64,000 nt of DNA, taken from positions 1 through 64,000 of IMG/VR virus record IMGVR_UViG_3300021326_000217; one strand, given 5' to 3'. Shown in pieces: positions 55,858-64,000 of the stretch. The notes under the pieces were generated by a model that saw only the letters and a program-made list of their open reading frames with translations, made no database searches and was not told the DNA's origin. Source of the stretch: a virus. Its lineage: Duplodnaviria > Caudoviricetes. The translations under genes and the position numbers were made by a program. The stretch's first letter is position 1. The number at the start of each line of letters is the position of its first letter.

Positions 55858-55898
55858 AATGCCTATCGAATTTCTTGTTCGATAGGCATTATTTTTTT
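55858..55898. terminator. Intrinsic terminator at the end of the late operon
   Basis: AATGCCTATCGAA-N7-TTCGATAGGCATT followed by ATTTTTTT; lies between convergent operons. Confidence 0.85.
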
Positions 55899-56054
55899 GA
55901 GGTATTGTATAAAAAATAGAACAAACCAAAATGTAATTTAATTTTTCAAAAATGTAATTTGTACCATTCACAAAGCCCCTGTTTATGCTACTTCTCGCAC
56001 TTTCACATACTCCAAGATGTACGATTTTTTCAAAAAGGTTTTTCTGACCTTTTT

Positions 56055-56927
56055 TTATTCTTCCTCATCTTCTTCTGGATAATCGGTGAATGAATCGTCC
56101 GCACCATCAAAATCGTCATCAATTACTTTGAACTCCTTTGCATATAGCTTGTTCATAAACAGCCTTCCTGCGTTGGTTTTTTTCTTACCGTTATATGCTA
56201 TAATCATTGCTTCTGCAAAACCCAATGACCCAGGGCGTCTTTCTTTTGCATTTCGACATAACAATTTTGGAGAAATCACACCTAACCTTTCCTGAAATAC
56301 CTCATCATCAAATATATCCTTGTAAACCACAACCAGTTTTGCAATTGCATTTAAAATATTGCCTGAAAAAGAATTAACATCACCTTCCCAAGTCCCGACA
56401 CAAAGACGTATTACATGATTTAGAACGTGTATTCCGTATTTGTAGTATATGGATTCAATTGTTGCTATAGCACTTATAACGCCAGGAGCCTTTGTAGTGC
56501 CTATTGTAAGTCCATATGATTCAATAAGTTCTTTTATCATCTGCTGATCATGATTTCCTGCTTCTACGTTTGCCTCAAAGACCTCAATTGGTTGCAGTTT
56601 TTTTGTGTATTTCATCTGATTGGCAAAAATATCTGCCTCGTGTTTATAAGATAAATCGTCATAAACCATACACCATACAGGCGTTTCTCTCGAACCTGAA
56701 ACCAAAAATATTGTTTCTATCGTATGTTGTCCGTCAAAAACATAATTAATACCATCCCTGCGGCTGACTTTTACAGGATTGATTTGATTTATATCAAAGT
56801 TTTCAGCGGTTTTTTCAACGTGGTGCATTGATAAATTACGCTGATAGTTTTGATTTGAAACAAGGTTTTTTATAGGTATTTTTTCAAAATGGACATTTGG
56901 TACAAACGCAGAAAAATCCTCCATCAT
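56055..56927 (-). CDS. ParB-superfamily protein with a DGQH motif (DUF6551-like, recalled)
   Basis: NYQRNLS..HV....NFD...INPVKVSRRDG..YVFDGQHT. Confidence 0.7.
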   Translation of the reverse strand: MMEDFSAFVPNVHFEKIPIKNLVSNQNYQRNLSMHHVEKTAENFDINQINPVKVSRRDGINYVFDGQHTIETIFLVSGSRETPVWCMVYDDLSYKHEADIFANQMKYTKKLQPIEVFEANVEAGNHDQQMIKELIESYGLTIGTTKAPGVISAIATIESIYYKYGIHVLNHVIRLCVGTWEGDVNSFSGNILNAIAKLVVVYKDIFDDEVFQERLGVISPKLLCRNAKERRPGSLGFAEAMIIAYNGKKKTNAGRLFMNKLYAKEFKVIDDDFDGADDSFTDYPEEDEEE

Positions 56928-57880
56928 TTAGCCTCCTTTATTAATTGCAACATTTCATCAATCGTTTTCTTTAAATCCCACAAAGAATTAATGAGCTTAT
57001 TTTTTGCAGTAACTGATATGCCACTTAAATTGGCATTTGCTTCAGTGCGCTTAATCGAACTAATCCAAGAAGGCATGGTGAGCGTTAATTCTGTAACTTC
57101 GGCATCGGGGTCAAAGTCAGGCATCTGTTTCACTTGCGGCGTTTCTTGTGAAGTAATAACTTTGTTTATTGCATCTCGTGACTTATTATACTTAAAGTAC
57201 GGGTTTTTACTTCGATTTAAACTCTTATTAACTTTTTGCAAATCACCAGACGGGAGTTTCGACATATCAACAATGTTGTTATGCGAAATTTTGTATCTGC
57301 CAGATAGTATTTTAGGAACCAACTCAGGCTCCTTCGTTCCTATTTCCTCAAGAGCCCTTGTATATATGGCATACTTCATCACAGTAGCGGCTGACAGGTG
57401 GTTTTCATCCGCAATTCGCTGTGCTGTTTTGTGTGCTGATATCGAGTCAACTTCTTTTCGTTTTAAATCATCAGGTGATAAGTCATCTGTGTCATAATAC
57501 TGATTTAGACCATTAGGATTTTTCCTGCTACTGATTATTTTTTCTGTTTCGTACTGCATACCTATCAAAAATTTCCTTGTTTCATTGGATATATTCCTTC
57601 TGCCAAGCTGATTCGCACAAATCCAAGCTATCGCATCTTCTTTGCTTTCAAAAAACATTTCATGGGTTTTAAACGGTATACTGTGCTTATGACAAATTTC
57701 GTATCTGTTATGACCGTCAACAATAAAGCCATTCCAAGTAATAATAGGGTCACGACAACCGTCATTTAATATGTTTTCTTCAAGCTGAAGGTACTCTTGT
57801 CTGTGAAGCGGTCGGATAAGATTTTTAAATTCTTTTTTGATTTTCAGTGTCTTCAGCGATTCAGTTTGCATCATCTTCAC
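56924..57880 (-). CDS. ParB/Srx N-terminal domain protein
   Basis: EY.QLEENIL.DGCRDPIITWNGFIVDGHNRY...NQLGRRN. Confidence 0.75.
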   Translation of the reverse strand: MKMMQTESLKTLKIKKEFKNLIRPLHRQEYLQLEENILNDGCRDPIITWNGFIVDGHNRYEICHKHSIPFKTHEMFFESKEDAIAWICANQLGRRNISNETRKFLIGMQYETEKIISSRKNPNGLNQYYDTDDLSPDDLKRKEVDSISAHKTAQRIADENHLSAATVMKYAIYTRALEEIGTKEPELVPKILSGRYKISHNNIVDMSKLPSGDLQKVNKSLNRSKNPYFKYNKSRDAINKVITSQETPQVKQMPDFDPDAEVTELTLTMPSWISSIKRTEANANLSGISVTAKNKLINSLWDLKKTIDEMLQLIKEAK

Positions 57881-58253
57881 CTTCCTGTAAATCTATTAAT
57901 TCAAGCGTATCAAGGCTAAAAACAGCCATGTTCTGTTCTTCGACAAAAGAGCCTTTCAGTCGATACGAACACATATAATTAAGTCCTTCAACGAGTTGAG
58001 CCAGTATTTGCAAAAAGCCTTTACTGTATAATTCGATTGAATTATCAGACAGCATATCAAGCGAACTAATACGCTCTGCGTCTTCGTGAGGCTCAAAATC
58101 TGACAAGCCACGGATTGCAATTAGTTTTTCGCTTGGATTCACCAATACCTGTATGTATTTTGGCTCTCCCATAGTGTGCAACACCTTTTTATGAATCCGT
58201 AGCCTCATTTTTTTAAGGTCAATTGATATCGTCATTGGTAATTCTGTACTCAT
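57861..58253 (-). CDS. Hypothetical; likely paralogue of the recombinase C-terminal domain
   Basis: LRIHKKVLHTMGEPKYIQVLVNPSEKLIAIR. Confidence 0.65.
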   Translation of the reverse strand: MSTELPMTISIDLKKMRLRIHKKVLHTMGEPKYIQVLVNPSEKLIAIRGLSDFEPHEDAERISSLDMLSDNSIELYSKGFLQILAQLVEGLNYMCSYRLKGSFVEEQNMAVFSLDTLELIDLQEGEDDAN

Positions 58254-59137
58254 ACGCTTACTGCCTCCTGTGAAATACTATTCTCTTCTGAAGTCTCATT
58301 ATTAATCGCTGAACTATTATCAGCAGGAACAGGGCTATTATCAGCAGGAACAGAGCTATTATCAGCGAGAACAGGACTGTTTTCAACAGGAGCAGGGCTA
58401 TTATCAACGGGGGCAGGTAAATAATCATTAGATGGTTTATTATGATCTGTACCTTTTATTGAATATACTGCATAACCGTCCACAATATTAATTTTCATTG
58501 AATCCTTGTGTTCAAGATAAGATACACCGAACTGATCTTTCCAATTAGTTGGGTATGCCGCTATCCGTGATATCGTCCGTTTCTCGCCCTCCGCTGATGT
58601 TCTTTTATAAACTTCGGTTGATGTTAGGTCAAAAGCTAAAAGGTATTCACCGTTTGAGTGTATGATATTACCAAGAATTTTATATTTGTCATCGCTATTC
58701 CAACCCATCATGTCAACAATCATGGCAAAAAACACTCTGCCTGTTACCTGTCGGGTTTTCCTTTTTCCATCAGGCGCAGTATTGCACCATTTAAAAGAGT
58801 CTCTTGTGTTTTCATAGCAGGGACGAAGGGCAAGGATTTTCTTTTCACTGTTAATCAAAATTTGGGCATATTCTGTCTGCGGAAACTTTGAAAGACAAGC
58901 AGCATTAACATAGAATTTGTAGTTATTGAAGGTTACCGCAGGCTCCCTTAAATGAGCAAAAAACTCCCTGCGCACAACCTGAAAACCGCTAAAGTCAAAA
59001 TCTGTTCGCATCTCCAATATTTCATCGTTTTCGGTTACCGTTGGCACAAAATTTGATTCAGTTGTGTTTGGTTGTCCTGTAGCGTTTTCAAAGATACCAG
59101 GCTGTTTCAATCTTTCACTTTCAAATTGATTCATCAT
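58250..59137 (-). CDS. Hypothetical; paralogue of the recombinase C-terminal domain
   Basis: DFDFSGFQVVRREFF...GWNSDDKYKILG aligns by eye with recombinase DFDLRGFEVARTELF...GWNTDYNYRIIG. Confidence 0.75.
   Translation of the reverse strand: MMNQFESERLKQPGIFENATGQPNTTESNFVPTVTENDEILEMRTDFDFSGFQVVRREFFAHLREPAVTFNNYKFYVNAACLSKFPQTEYAQILINSEKKILALRPCYENTRDSFKWCNTAPDGKRKTRQVTGRVFFAMIVDMMGWNSDDKYKILGNIIHSNGEYLLAFDLTSTEVYKRTSAEGEKRTISRIAAYPTNWKDQFGVSYLEHKDSMKINIVDGYAVYSIKGTDHNKPSNDYLPAPVDNSPAPVENSPVLADNSSVPADNSPVPADNSSAINNETSEENSISQEAVSV
58314..58418 (-). repeat. Five imperfect 21-bp tandem repeats encoding (P/V)A(D/E)NS heptads
   Basis: Unit CTATTATCAGCAGGAACAGGG starting at 58314, 58335, 58356, 58377 and 58398. 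Confidence 0.85.
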
Positions 59138-61085
59138 TACTTTCCTCCTTTAGGTTCAGTCCTTGTAATTCTTGTGAAATATACGCTTTCAGCGTATCAA
59201 AACCTGTCACATTTATTTTTTTACCCGTATCTATAAATTGACCTTCCATACGCAATTTCCAGTCTTTTTCACTTTGAGAATTTAACTCTTCATAGGTTTT
59301 TTCATGCAAATAATAATCCTTACCAAAATTGTTCACCCATTCTTCGGGAATAGCCTTTATACGTTTTCCGTATGGAGTAAGCGGTTTATATGTTATAAAC
59401 CCTCCCGTTACTTCTTCCGAGTAACTCGGAATGAGGTATGGCTTTAGAAAAGCCTCCGTATTTTCGGTGTCAAAAATATATGCTATGTCATTGCCTTTTT
59501 CATATAAAGTACCGATAATGCGGTAGTTATAATCTGTATTCCACCCGAACAAAGAGTACAAAGTTTCATAAAAAGCGGTAATTGGGATGACTTTCGGCTC
59601 GTATTTTTTGTTGTTTTTCTTAGAACATATTACACTTTGCCGATTTGTTGTTTCTGCTGTTCTGATAGCAAACTTTCTCGTGATTGGATTAACAAGCAAT
59701 TCAATACAGTTTTTCTCTGCGAGCTTTTTAACACATAATGAACTTAATTTAATAGCTTTATCAGAGAAACTAATAAACGGTTTTCCGTAATTATCGAATA
59801 ACTCTGTTCTTGCAACTTCAAAACCTCGTAAATCGAAATCACCTGTTGACATTTCAATATTGATTTCTTCTTCCTCTTTAAAAAGAGGATTTTCTTCTGG
59901 GCTGTATCCACCAGCGGATGCTTTCATATAGTCGTCTTCTTTGAATGCCGCCCAGCGTGGATATATAATTACGAAGCCCTGCAATATTCCGCTTTTTATA
60001 ACCTTTAATTCGGGCAAAAATGAGCGGTTTCTGTACTTGGCATTATCAAGCATTTTTTGAACGGCAATAAAATCTTCTCTTGAAACTATTGCCTCATGGT
60101 GATTAAAATATCTGCTTTGAGGTCGCTCACCTCTATTTTTCTTCGATTTATGTTCTCTGTAATTTGGCGTGAAAGTTTTTCGTGTAAGGACTTCACCACA
60201 ATGACGCTCATTCCTTAATATTTGAACTACACCACCAGAAGTCCATTTAATATTACCAAGGTATGACCGTCTCCCCAATGCATTTAGGGTTTCAGCTATT
60301 TGTTTTGCAGAATAACCGTATAAATACATATAAAATGCAAGTTTTACTGTCGGAGCTTCTGCAGGATTAATAATCAGTTGTCCCTCTTCATCATGTGTAT
60401 AGCCGAGCAGTTTAGGAGTAAGCGGTATACCATTATCAAGTCTCATTCGGAGCGAAGTTTCCATGCTACGGCTTCTTATGTGCGATTCTTCTTCAGCGAC
60501 AGTAGCTAAAAAGGTAAGTGCCATTTGAGATTCGTCCTTTAGAGAAAAAATGGATTCTGTCTCGAAAAACACTCCTACTGGTGGATTTAACTCTGCCAGT
60601 GTTCTTGTATAGCCCACAGTGACAAGCACATCTCTTGCAAAACGTGATACACTTTTTGTGATGACAACATCGATTTTTCCAGCAATACAATCATCCATCA
60701 TTTTTTGAAATTCGGGTCTGTTTTTTACTGTGCCGCTTATTCCTTCATCAGCATAGATCTTTACAAGCGTCCAGTTGGGACGTTCCTGTATGTACTGATT
60801 ATAATACCTTTTTTGGAGTTCAAAGGACGTTGTTTGCATTTCATCTTCCGTAGAAACTCTTACGTATATAGCTACCCGTTGATGAATGCTTGTGTCATGA
60901 AAATCAAATCTTTGTTTTTCGGGAAAGTACTCATAATTATCTTCATCAACTTTTGTATTCATCCTGCTACGGATTTTCTCTTTGTTAAGCTCCTTTAATC
61001 GCCGCTTTTCGTTATCGATCACTATTACCACGTCCTTCGCTGTCGATTGCCTTTGTATCCGTACTATTAAATCTGTTTCTTTCAT
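59121..61085 (-). CDS. Large serine recombinase with an atypical C-terminal domain
   Basis: AIYVRVST (catalytic Ser), YADEGISG, KSVSRFAR, recombinase domain (LLGY...EA..V...F..YL.G; IL.NE...G; HEAIVSREDF); start may lie nearer 61020. Confidence 0.9.
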   Translation of the reverse strand: MKETDLIVRIQRQSTAKDVVIVIDNEKRRLKELNKEKIRSRMNTKVDEDNYEYFPEKQRFDFHDTSIHQRVAIYVRVSTEDEMQTTSFELQKRYYNQYIQERPNWTLVKIYADEGISGTVKNRPEFQKMMDDCIAGKIDVVITKSVSRFARDVLVTVGYTRTLAELNPPVGVFFETESIFSLKDESQMALTFLATVAEEESHIRSRSMETSLRMRLDNGIPLTPKLLGYTHDEEGQLIINPAEAPTVKLAFYMYLYGYSAKQIAETLNALGRRSYLGNIKWTSGGVVQILRNERHCGEVLTRKTFTPNYREHKSKKNRGERPQSRYFNHHEAIVSREDFIAVQKMLDNAKYRNRSFLPELKVIKSGILQGFVIIYPRWAAFKEDDYMKASAGGYSPEENPLFKEEEEINIEMSTGDFDLRGFEVARTELFDNYGKPFISFSDKAIKLSSLCVKKLAEKNCIELLVNPITRKFAIRTAETTNRQSVICSKKNNKKYEPKVIPITAFYETLYSLFGWNTDYNYRIIGTLYEKGNDIAYIFDTENTEAFLKPYLIPSYSEEVTGGFITYKPLTPYGKRIKAIPEEWVNNFGKDYYLHEKTYEELNSQSEKDWKLRMEGQFIDTGKKINVTGFDTLKAYISQELQGLNLKEESNDESI

Positions 61086-61632
61086 TCTCTGGCAAAAACT
61101 CTATATCTCGCAAATCGTTTCGATAATAGGATGCGAGGGTGAACAAATCTTCAGATATAAAGTAAATACCTATAGGGTGTTCTTGTGCGGCAAGAAGTCT
61201 TGAACAAAGGGTTATCTCGTGGATCTTCCTTGATACGTTGGATACTTTTTGTGTGATAATTAAATCCACTTTACCTTCCATAGCATCGTTAAGGAGCCTG
61301 CGCCAATTAGGTGCGTTTTCCATATTTGGTGCTGACTGCCCTTCATCTACATAAAAATCAACTAATGTCCAATTAGGGCAAAGAGCGATTGTGTCTGCGA
61401 AATCTTTTTTATGATAAGCTAAATAGTTGTCATATTTGGTTTGGTTGAAATATCTTATGTAAATTCCTACCTTGTATGGAACTGCAGTGTTGGGACGTTC
61501 ATGCCTTATACTTTGCAACCAAGCCTTATGTTCGGCTAATTTCATTGCTTTTTCTGATTCATCACCAAAGGTAAGCGAAAATTGCGGTGTTGCAATTTCG
61601 CTCAGTTTGTTATAGATTTCGAGTTCGTTCAT
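61012..61632 (-). CDS. Stand-alone resolvase-like domain lacking the catalytic serine
   Basis: KVGIYIRYF in place of YxRVS; W.LVDFYVDEG.S...P.W.RLL.D..EGKVDLIIT. Confidence 0.75.
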   Translation of the reverse strand: MNELEIYNKLSEIATPQFSLTFGDESEKAMKLAEHKAWLQSIRHERPNTAVPYKVGIYIRYFNQTKYDNYLAYHKKDFADTIALCPNWTLVDFYVDEGQSAPNMENAPNWRRLLNDAMEGKVDLIITQKVSNVSRKIHEITLCSRLLAAQEHPIGIYFISEDLFTLASYYRNDLRDIEFLPENERNRFNSTDTKAIDSEGRGNSDR

Positions 61633-61668
61633 TGAGTATTTCCTCCAACTTAAAATATCTTACCGTGT

Positions 61669-61730
61669 ATTTTATAGTCAGTTGGATAATATGTAAATAT
61701 CCTGACAGTCATATTCTGACTATCAGGATA
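61669..61730 (-). promoter_or_regulatory. Promoter and overlapping palindromic operator of the recombinase operon
   Basis: Minus-strand TTTACA-N17-TAAAAT (61697-61669); IR TATCCTGACAGTCA-N5-TGACTATCAGGATA (61698-61730). Confidence 0.6.
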
Positions 61731-61790
61731 AGTTTTTGAAAATTTTTTTATTTTTTGGTACAAAAAAAAGTGAGAACGGTTAATTCTCAC

Positions 61791-62150
61791 TTAATAATCT
61801 TCGTTATCTTTAGGTTTGTGTAATGTAGTTTTTATTTGTGAAACTATCTGCATTATCGATTCTATCTCAGTTGGCGAGCAATCATCGAGAAGCTCTGAAA
61901 ACTCTCGTTTATATATGCTATTCACCTCAGGAATATCAGAACGCAATATTAAATCTGCAGAAACCTGAAGAGCCTCCACAATCTTTGCAAAAGTAGTAAG
62001 CCATATATTACTCTTGCCTAATTCAATATCACTTACATTGGAAGGTGAAATATGTGCAGTAAAAGCAAGGTCGTTTTGTGTCATTCCTTTTGATAGACGT
62101 ATTTCTCGTATTCTCTTTCCTATTTCTTTTAAAGCTGTTTTATCATCCAT
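61791..62150 (-). CDS. XRE-family HTH regulator
   Basis: IGKRIREIRLSKGMTQNDLA....IS...VSDIELGK; probable start 62150. Confidence 0.9.
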   Translation of the reverse strand: MDDKTALKEIGKRIREIRLSKGMTQNDLAFTAHISPSNVSDIELGKSNIWLTTFAKIVEALQVSADLILRSDIPEVNSIYKREFSELLDDCSPTEIESIMQIVSQIKTTLHKPKDNEDY

Positions 62151-62289
62151 GCTTAAAACCTCATATATCCAATCGACTATATTTAAAGTATATTTTATCA
62201 TCAAGTGGCGGTGTGCGGAACAGTTAAGTGGCTGTATTTCAGCCGATAAGGTATAATTATAGTGAATATTTTTTTAGGAGGTTACAATA

Positions 62290-62646
62290 ATGGCACTTAA
62301 TTACACAATTATCGGCAAACGAATCAAGGAGATCCGCAAGAAAAAACATCTGACACAGGAAAAGTTTTCAGAAATCATCGACAAGACACCGAGCTACTTG
62401 AGCTACATAGAAACGGGAAAAAAGCAACTCAGTTTGGAAACGCTTGTAGATATCGCAAACGCTCTCAATGTAACTGCAGATTTACTCCTTTCCTACAATC
62501 TTGCATTTTTGGAAAATCCAAAAAATGACCTCGGCTCCATCCTTGACGGTTGTACTGCTTATGAAAAAAGAATAATAGTAGATACCGCAAAAGCACTAAA
62601 ACGCTCCCTCAAAGATAACAGTATGTCGCAGGACTTCTTTTATTGA
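62290..62646 (+). CDS. XRE-family HTH regulator (divergent paralogue)
   Basis: IGKRIKEIRKKKHLTQEKFSE....SYLSYIETGKK. Confidence 0.9.
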   Translation: MALNYTIIGKRIKEIRKKKHLTQEKFSEIIDKTPSYLSYIETGKKQLSLETLVDIANALNVTADLLLSYNLAFLENPKNDLGSILDGCTAYEKRIIVDTAKALKRSLKDNSMSQDFFY

Positions 62647-62933
62647 ATTATTATATGCAATTTCAAATATAAGCACCATAAACCGTCAGTCATATATCAA
62701 ACGGACAGTATAAATACATTTTCACTCTTTTCAATTACAAAAATGCAAAAATGAATTACATTTTCATGAAAACCAATTATGTTTTTGTAAAATACGAGAT
62801 TTTCGGGAAGATATATGTTATAATTACGTTGGCTATTCTTATGACTGAACGGCAGTTTGCGAGGGCTCGACAGGTGTTGTATAACAAAGATATTTTCAAA
62901 AGGCACTTCCCTTATAGAGGTAGGTATTTTTAT

Positions 62934-63332
62934 ATGAATGTAAAAGGGATTATCCCTTACTTCAAAGCAATGCATCATTTGGCTAAATACGGTTATGACG
63001 ATTTGGCTGTTTGGGAAACCGCTTCATATTTTATACATACCATGCGTTCTATACTGATAAAGTATAGTGAAACTCGAAGCGGAACGCCTGTTTTGGTTGA
63101 GAACTATCCATTAGGTGTTCCAAAAACCGATGAAGAAAAAAGAATAGTACTTGAAAACAGTCTTAAATGGGAAGCAATTATTAATCGCATGATTCATCTG
63201 TTAGACCTTATGGATGAAGATAATTCCTTATATGACGATTTGGAGTATGGTGAGATTTTTTCAAATATAAATAAGGCTAAAGAGGAATTCTTTGGGCTGT
63301 TTTCAAAATACTTTTATCACTTATGGGATTAA
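62934..63332 (+). CDS. Hypothetical acidic protein
   Basis: GAGGT RBS before ATG at 62934 (ORF track starts at 62751); ends KEEFFGLFSKYFYHLWD. Confidence 0.6.
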   Translation: MNVKGIIPYFKAMHHLAKYGYDDLAVWETASYFIHTMRSILIKYSETRSGTPVLVENYPLGVPKTDEEKRIVLENSLKWEAIINRMIHLLDLMDEDNSLYDDLEYGEIFSNINKAKEEFFGLFSKYFYHLWD

Positions 63333-63348
63333 GCAAGGAGGTGTTTTT

Positions 63349-64000
63349 GTGGTATTTATTACTGGAGATATTCACGGCAATCCAACAAGGATTATTGAAT
63401 TTGCAAAAAGGTCAGAATTATCCGATAACGATTTAATCGTTATTCTTGGTGACGTGGGAGCAAATTACTTTTTAAACAGAAGAGACAACTTGGTAAAAAC
63501 AGAATTAAATGAAATAGGTGTACCTGTTTTGTGCATACACGGCAACCACGAGATGCGCCCTGCAAATATTCCATCTTACCGTCTGACCGAGTGGAATGGC
63601 GGCAAGGTGTGGATTGAGGACGAATATCCGCATTTGTTATTTGCTAAAGACGGCGAGATTTATAACATTGAAGGAAACCGTTATATTGCAATCGGCGGAG
63701 CGTACAGCGTAGACAAGTATTACCGTCTGGCTATGAATTACGGATGGTGGGATGACGAACAGCCATCTGAAGAAATTAAACAATATGTAGAAAAGCAACT
63801 TGCAGAGAACGAAATCAACATTGTGCTTTCACATACCTGTCCCCTGAAGTACGAGCCGACAGAGGTTTTTCTTTCGCAGGTCGACCAATCAAAGGTTGAT
63901 AAAAGCACAGAAATATGGCTTGATAAAATCGAGGATAATTTAAAATATATGGCTTGGTTTTGTGGTCATTGGCACACCGATAAACGCATTGACAAAATGC
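63349..64000 (+). CDS. Calcineurin-like metallophosphoesterase (runs off the window end; absent from the ORF track)
   Basis: GTG start after AAGGAGG; ITGDIHG, ILGDVG, IHGNHE, VLSHTCP, FCGHWH motifs. Confidence 0.9.
   Translation, partial: MVFITGDIHGNPTRIIEFAKRSELSDNDLIVILGDVGANYFLNRRDNLVKTELNEIGVPVLCIHGNHEMRPANIPSYRLTEWNGGKVWIEDEYPHLLFAKDGEIYNIEGNRYIAIGGAYSVDKYYRLAMNYGWWDDEQPSEEIKQYVEKQLAENEINIVLSHTCPLKYEPTEVFLSQVDQSKVDKSTEIWLDKIEDNLKYMAWFCGHWHTDKRIDKM

Larger units (their letters stand above)
7638..55900. mobile_element. Temperate prophage (HK97-type head, contractile PBSX/Xkd-like tail, probable cos packaging); boundaries approximate
   Basis: Complete ordered immunity, replication, packaging, head, tail, fibre and lysis modules with no obvious frameshifts; att sites not identified. 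Confidence 0.9.

Noticed and set aside
55928-55960. AAAATGTAATTT direct repeat (21-bp period) as an att site
   Set aside because: AT-rich, short, and no matching copy was seen at the left phage boundary.
1-64000. tRNA, rRNA, tmRNA or IS elements
   Set aside because: No cloverleaf/T-loop patterns, rRNA-like tracts, transposase ORFs or terminal inverted repeats were recognised.

Overview
The window is dominated by an apparently intact temperate prophage of a Clostridia-like (Bacillota) host, at about 7.6-55.9 kb. Its modules in order are: an ImmA/ImmR-type switch with a Y-family polymerase in the 'cro' position; a sigma-70-region-4 factor; a family-A polymerase/VirE/SNF2 replication module; HNH, candidate cos and TerS; a minimal SAM synthetase plus a ParB-fused N6/N4 methylase; TerL, portal, ClpP and an HK97-type capsid; a PBSX/Xkd-type contractile tail with fibres; and holin-amidase lysis. 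On the left is a type I restriction-modification locus (hsdR-hsdM-hsdS) with a tyrosine recombinase. On the right is a tightly coupled six-gene minus-strand operon (catalytically dead resolvase, large serine recombinase, two proteins paralogous to its C-terminus, two ParB-like proteins), two divergent XRE regulators and a partial metallophosphoesterase. The most striking unexplained structure is an array of eight self-contained expression cassettes between terS and terL (24.1-30.3 kb). Each has a TACACAA-N16-TTGTGTA dyad at fixed helical phase (one copy degenerate), a TTGATA-N17-TAATAT promoter (one TTGCTA), an RBS and 1-4 mostly small unknown genes; cassettes 3-8 are separated by related hairpins. 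Family names are recalled from motif recognition, not from database searches. Several start codons were moved from the ORF track to the RBS-supported start.
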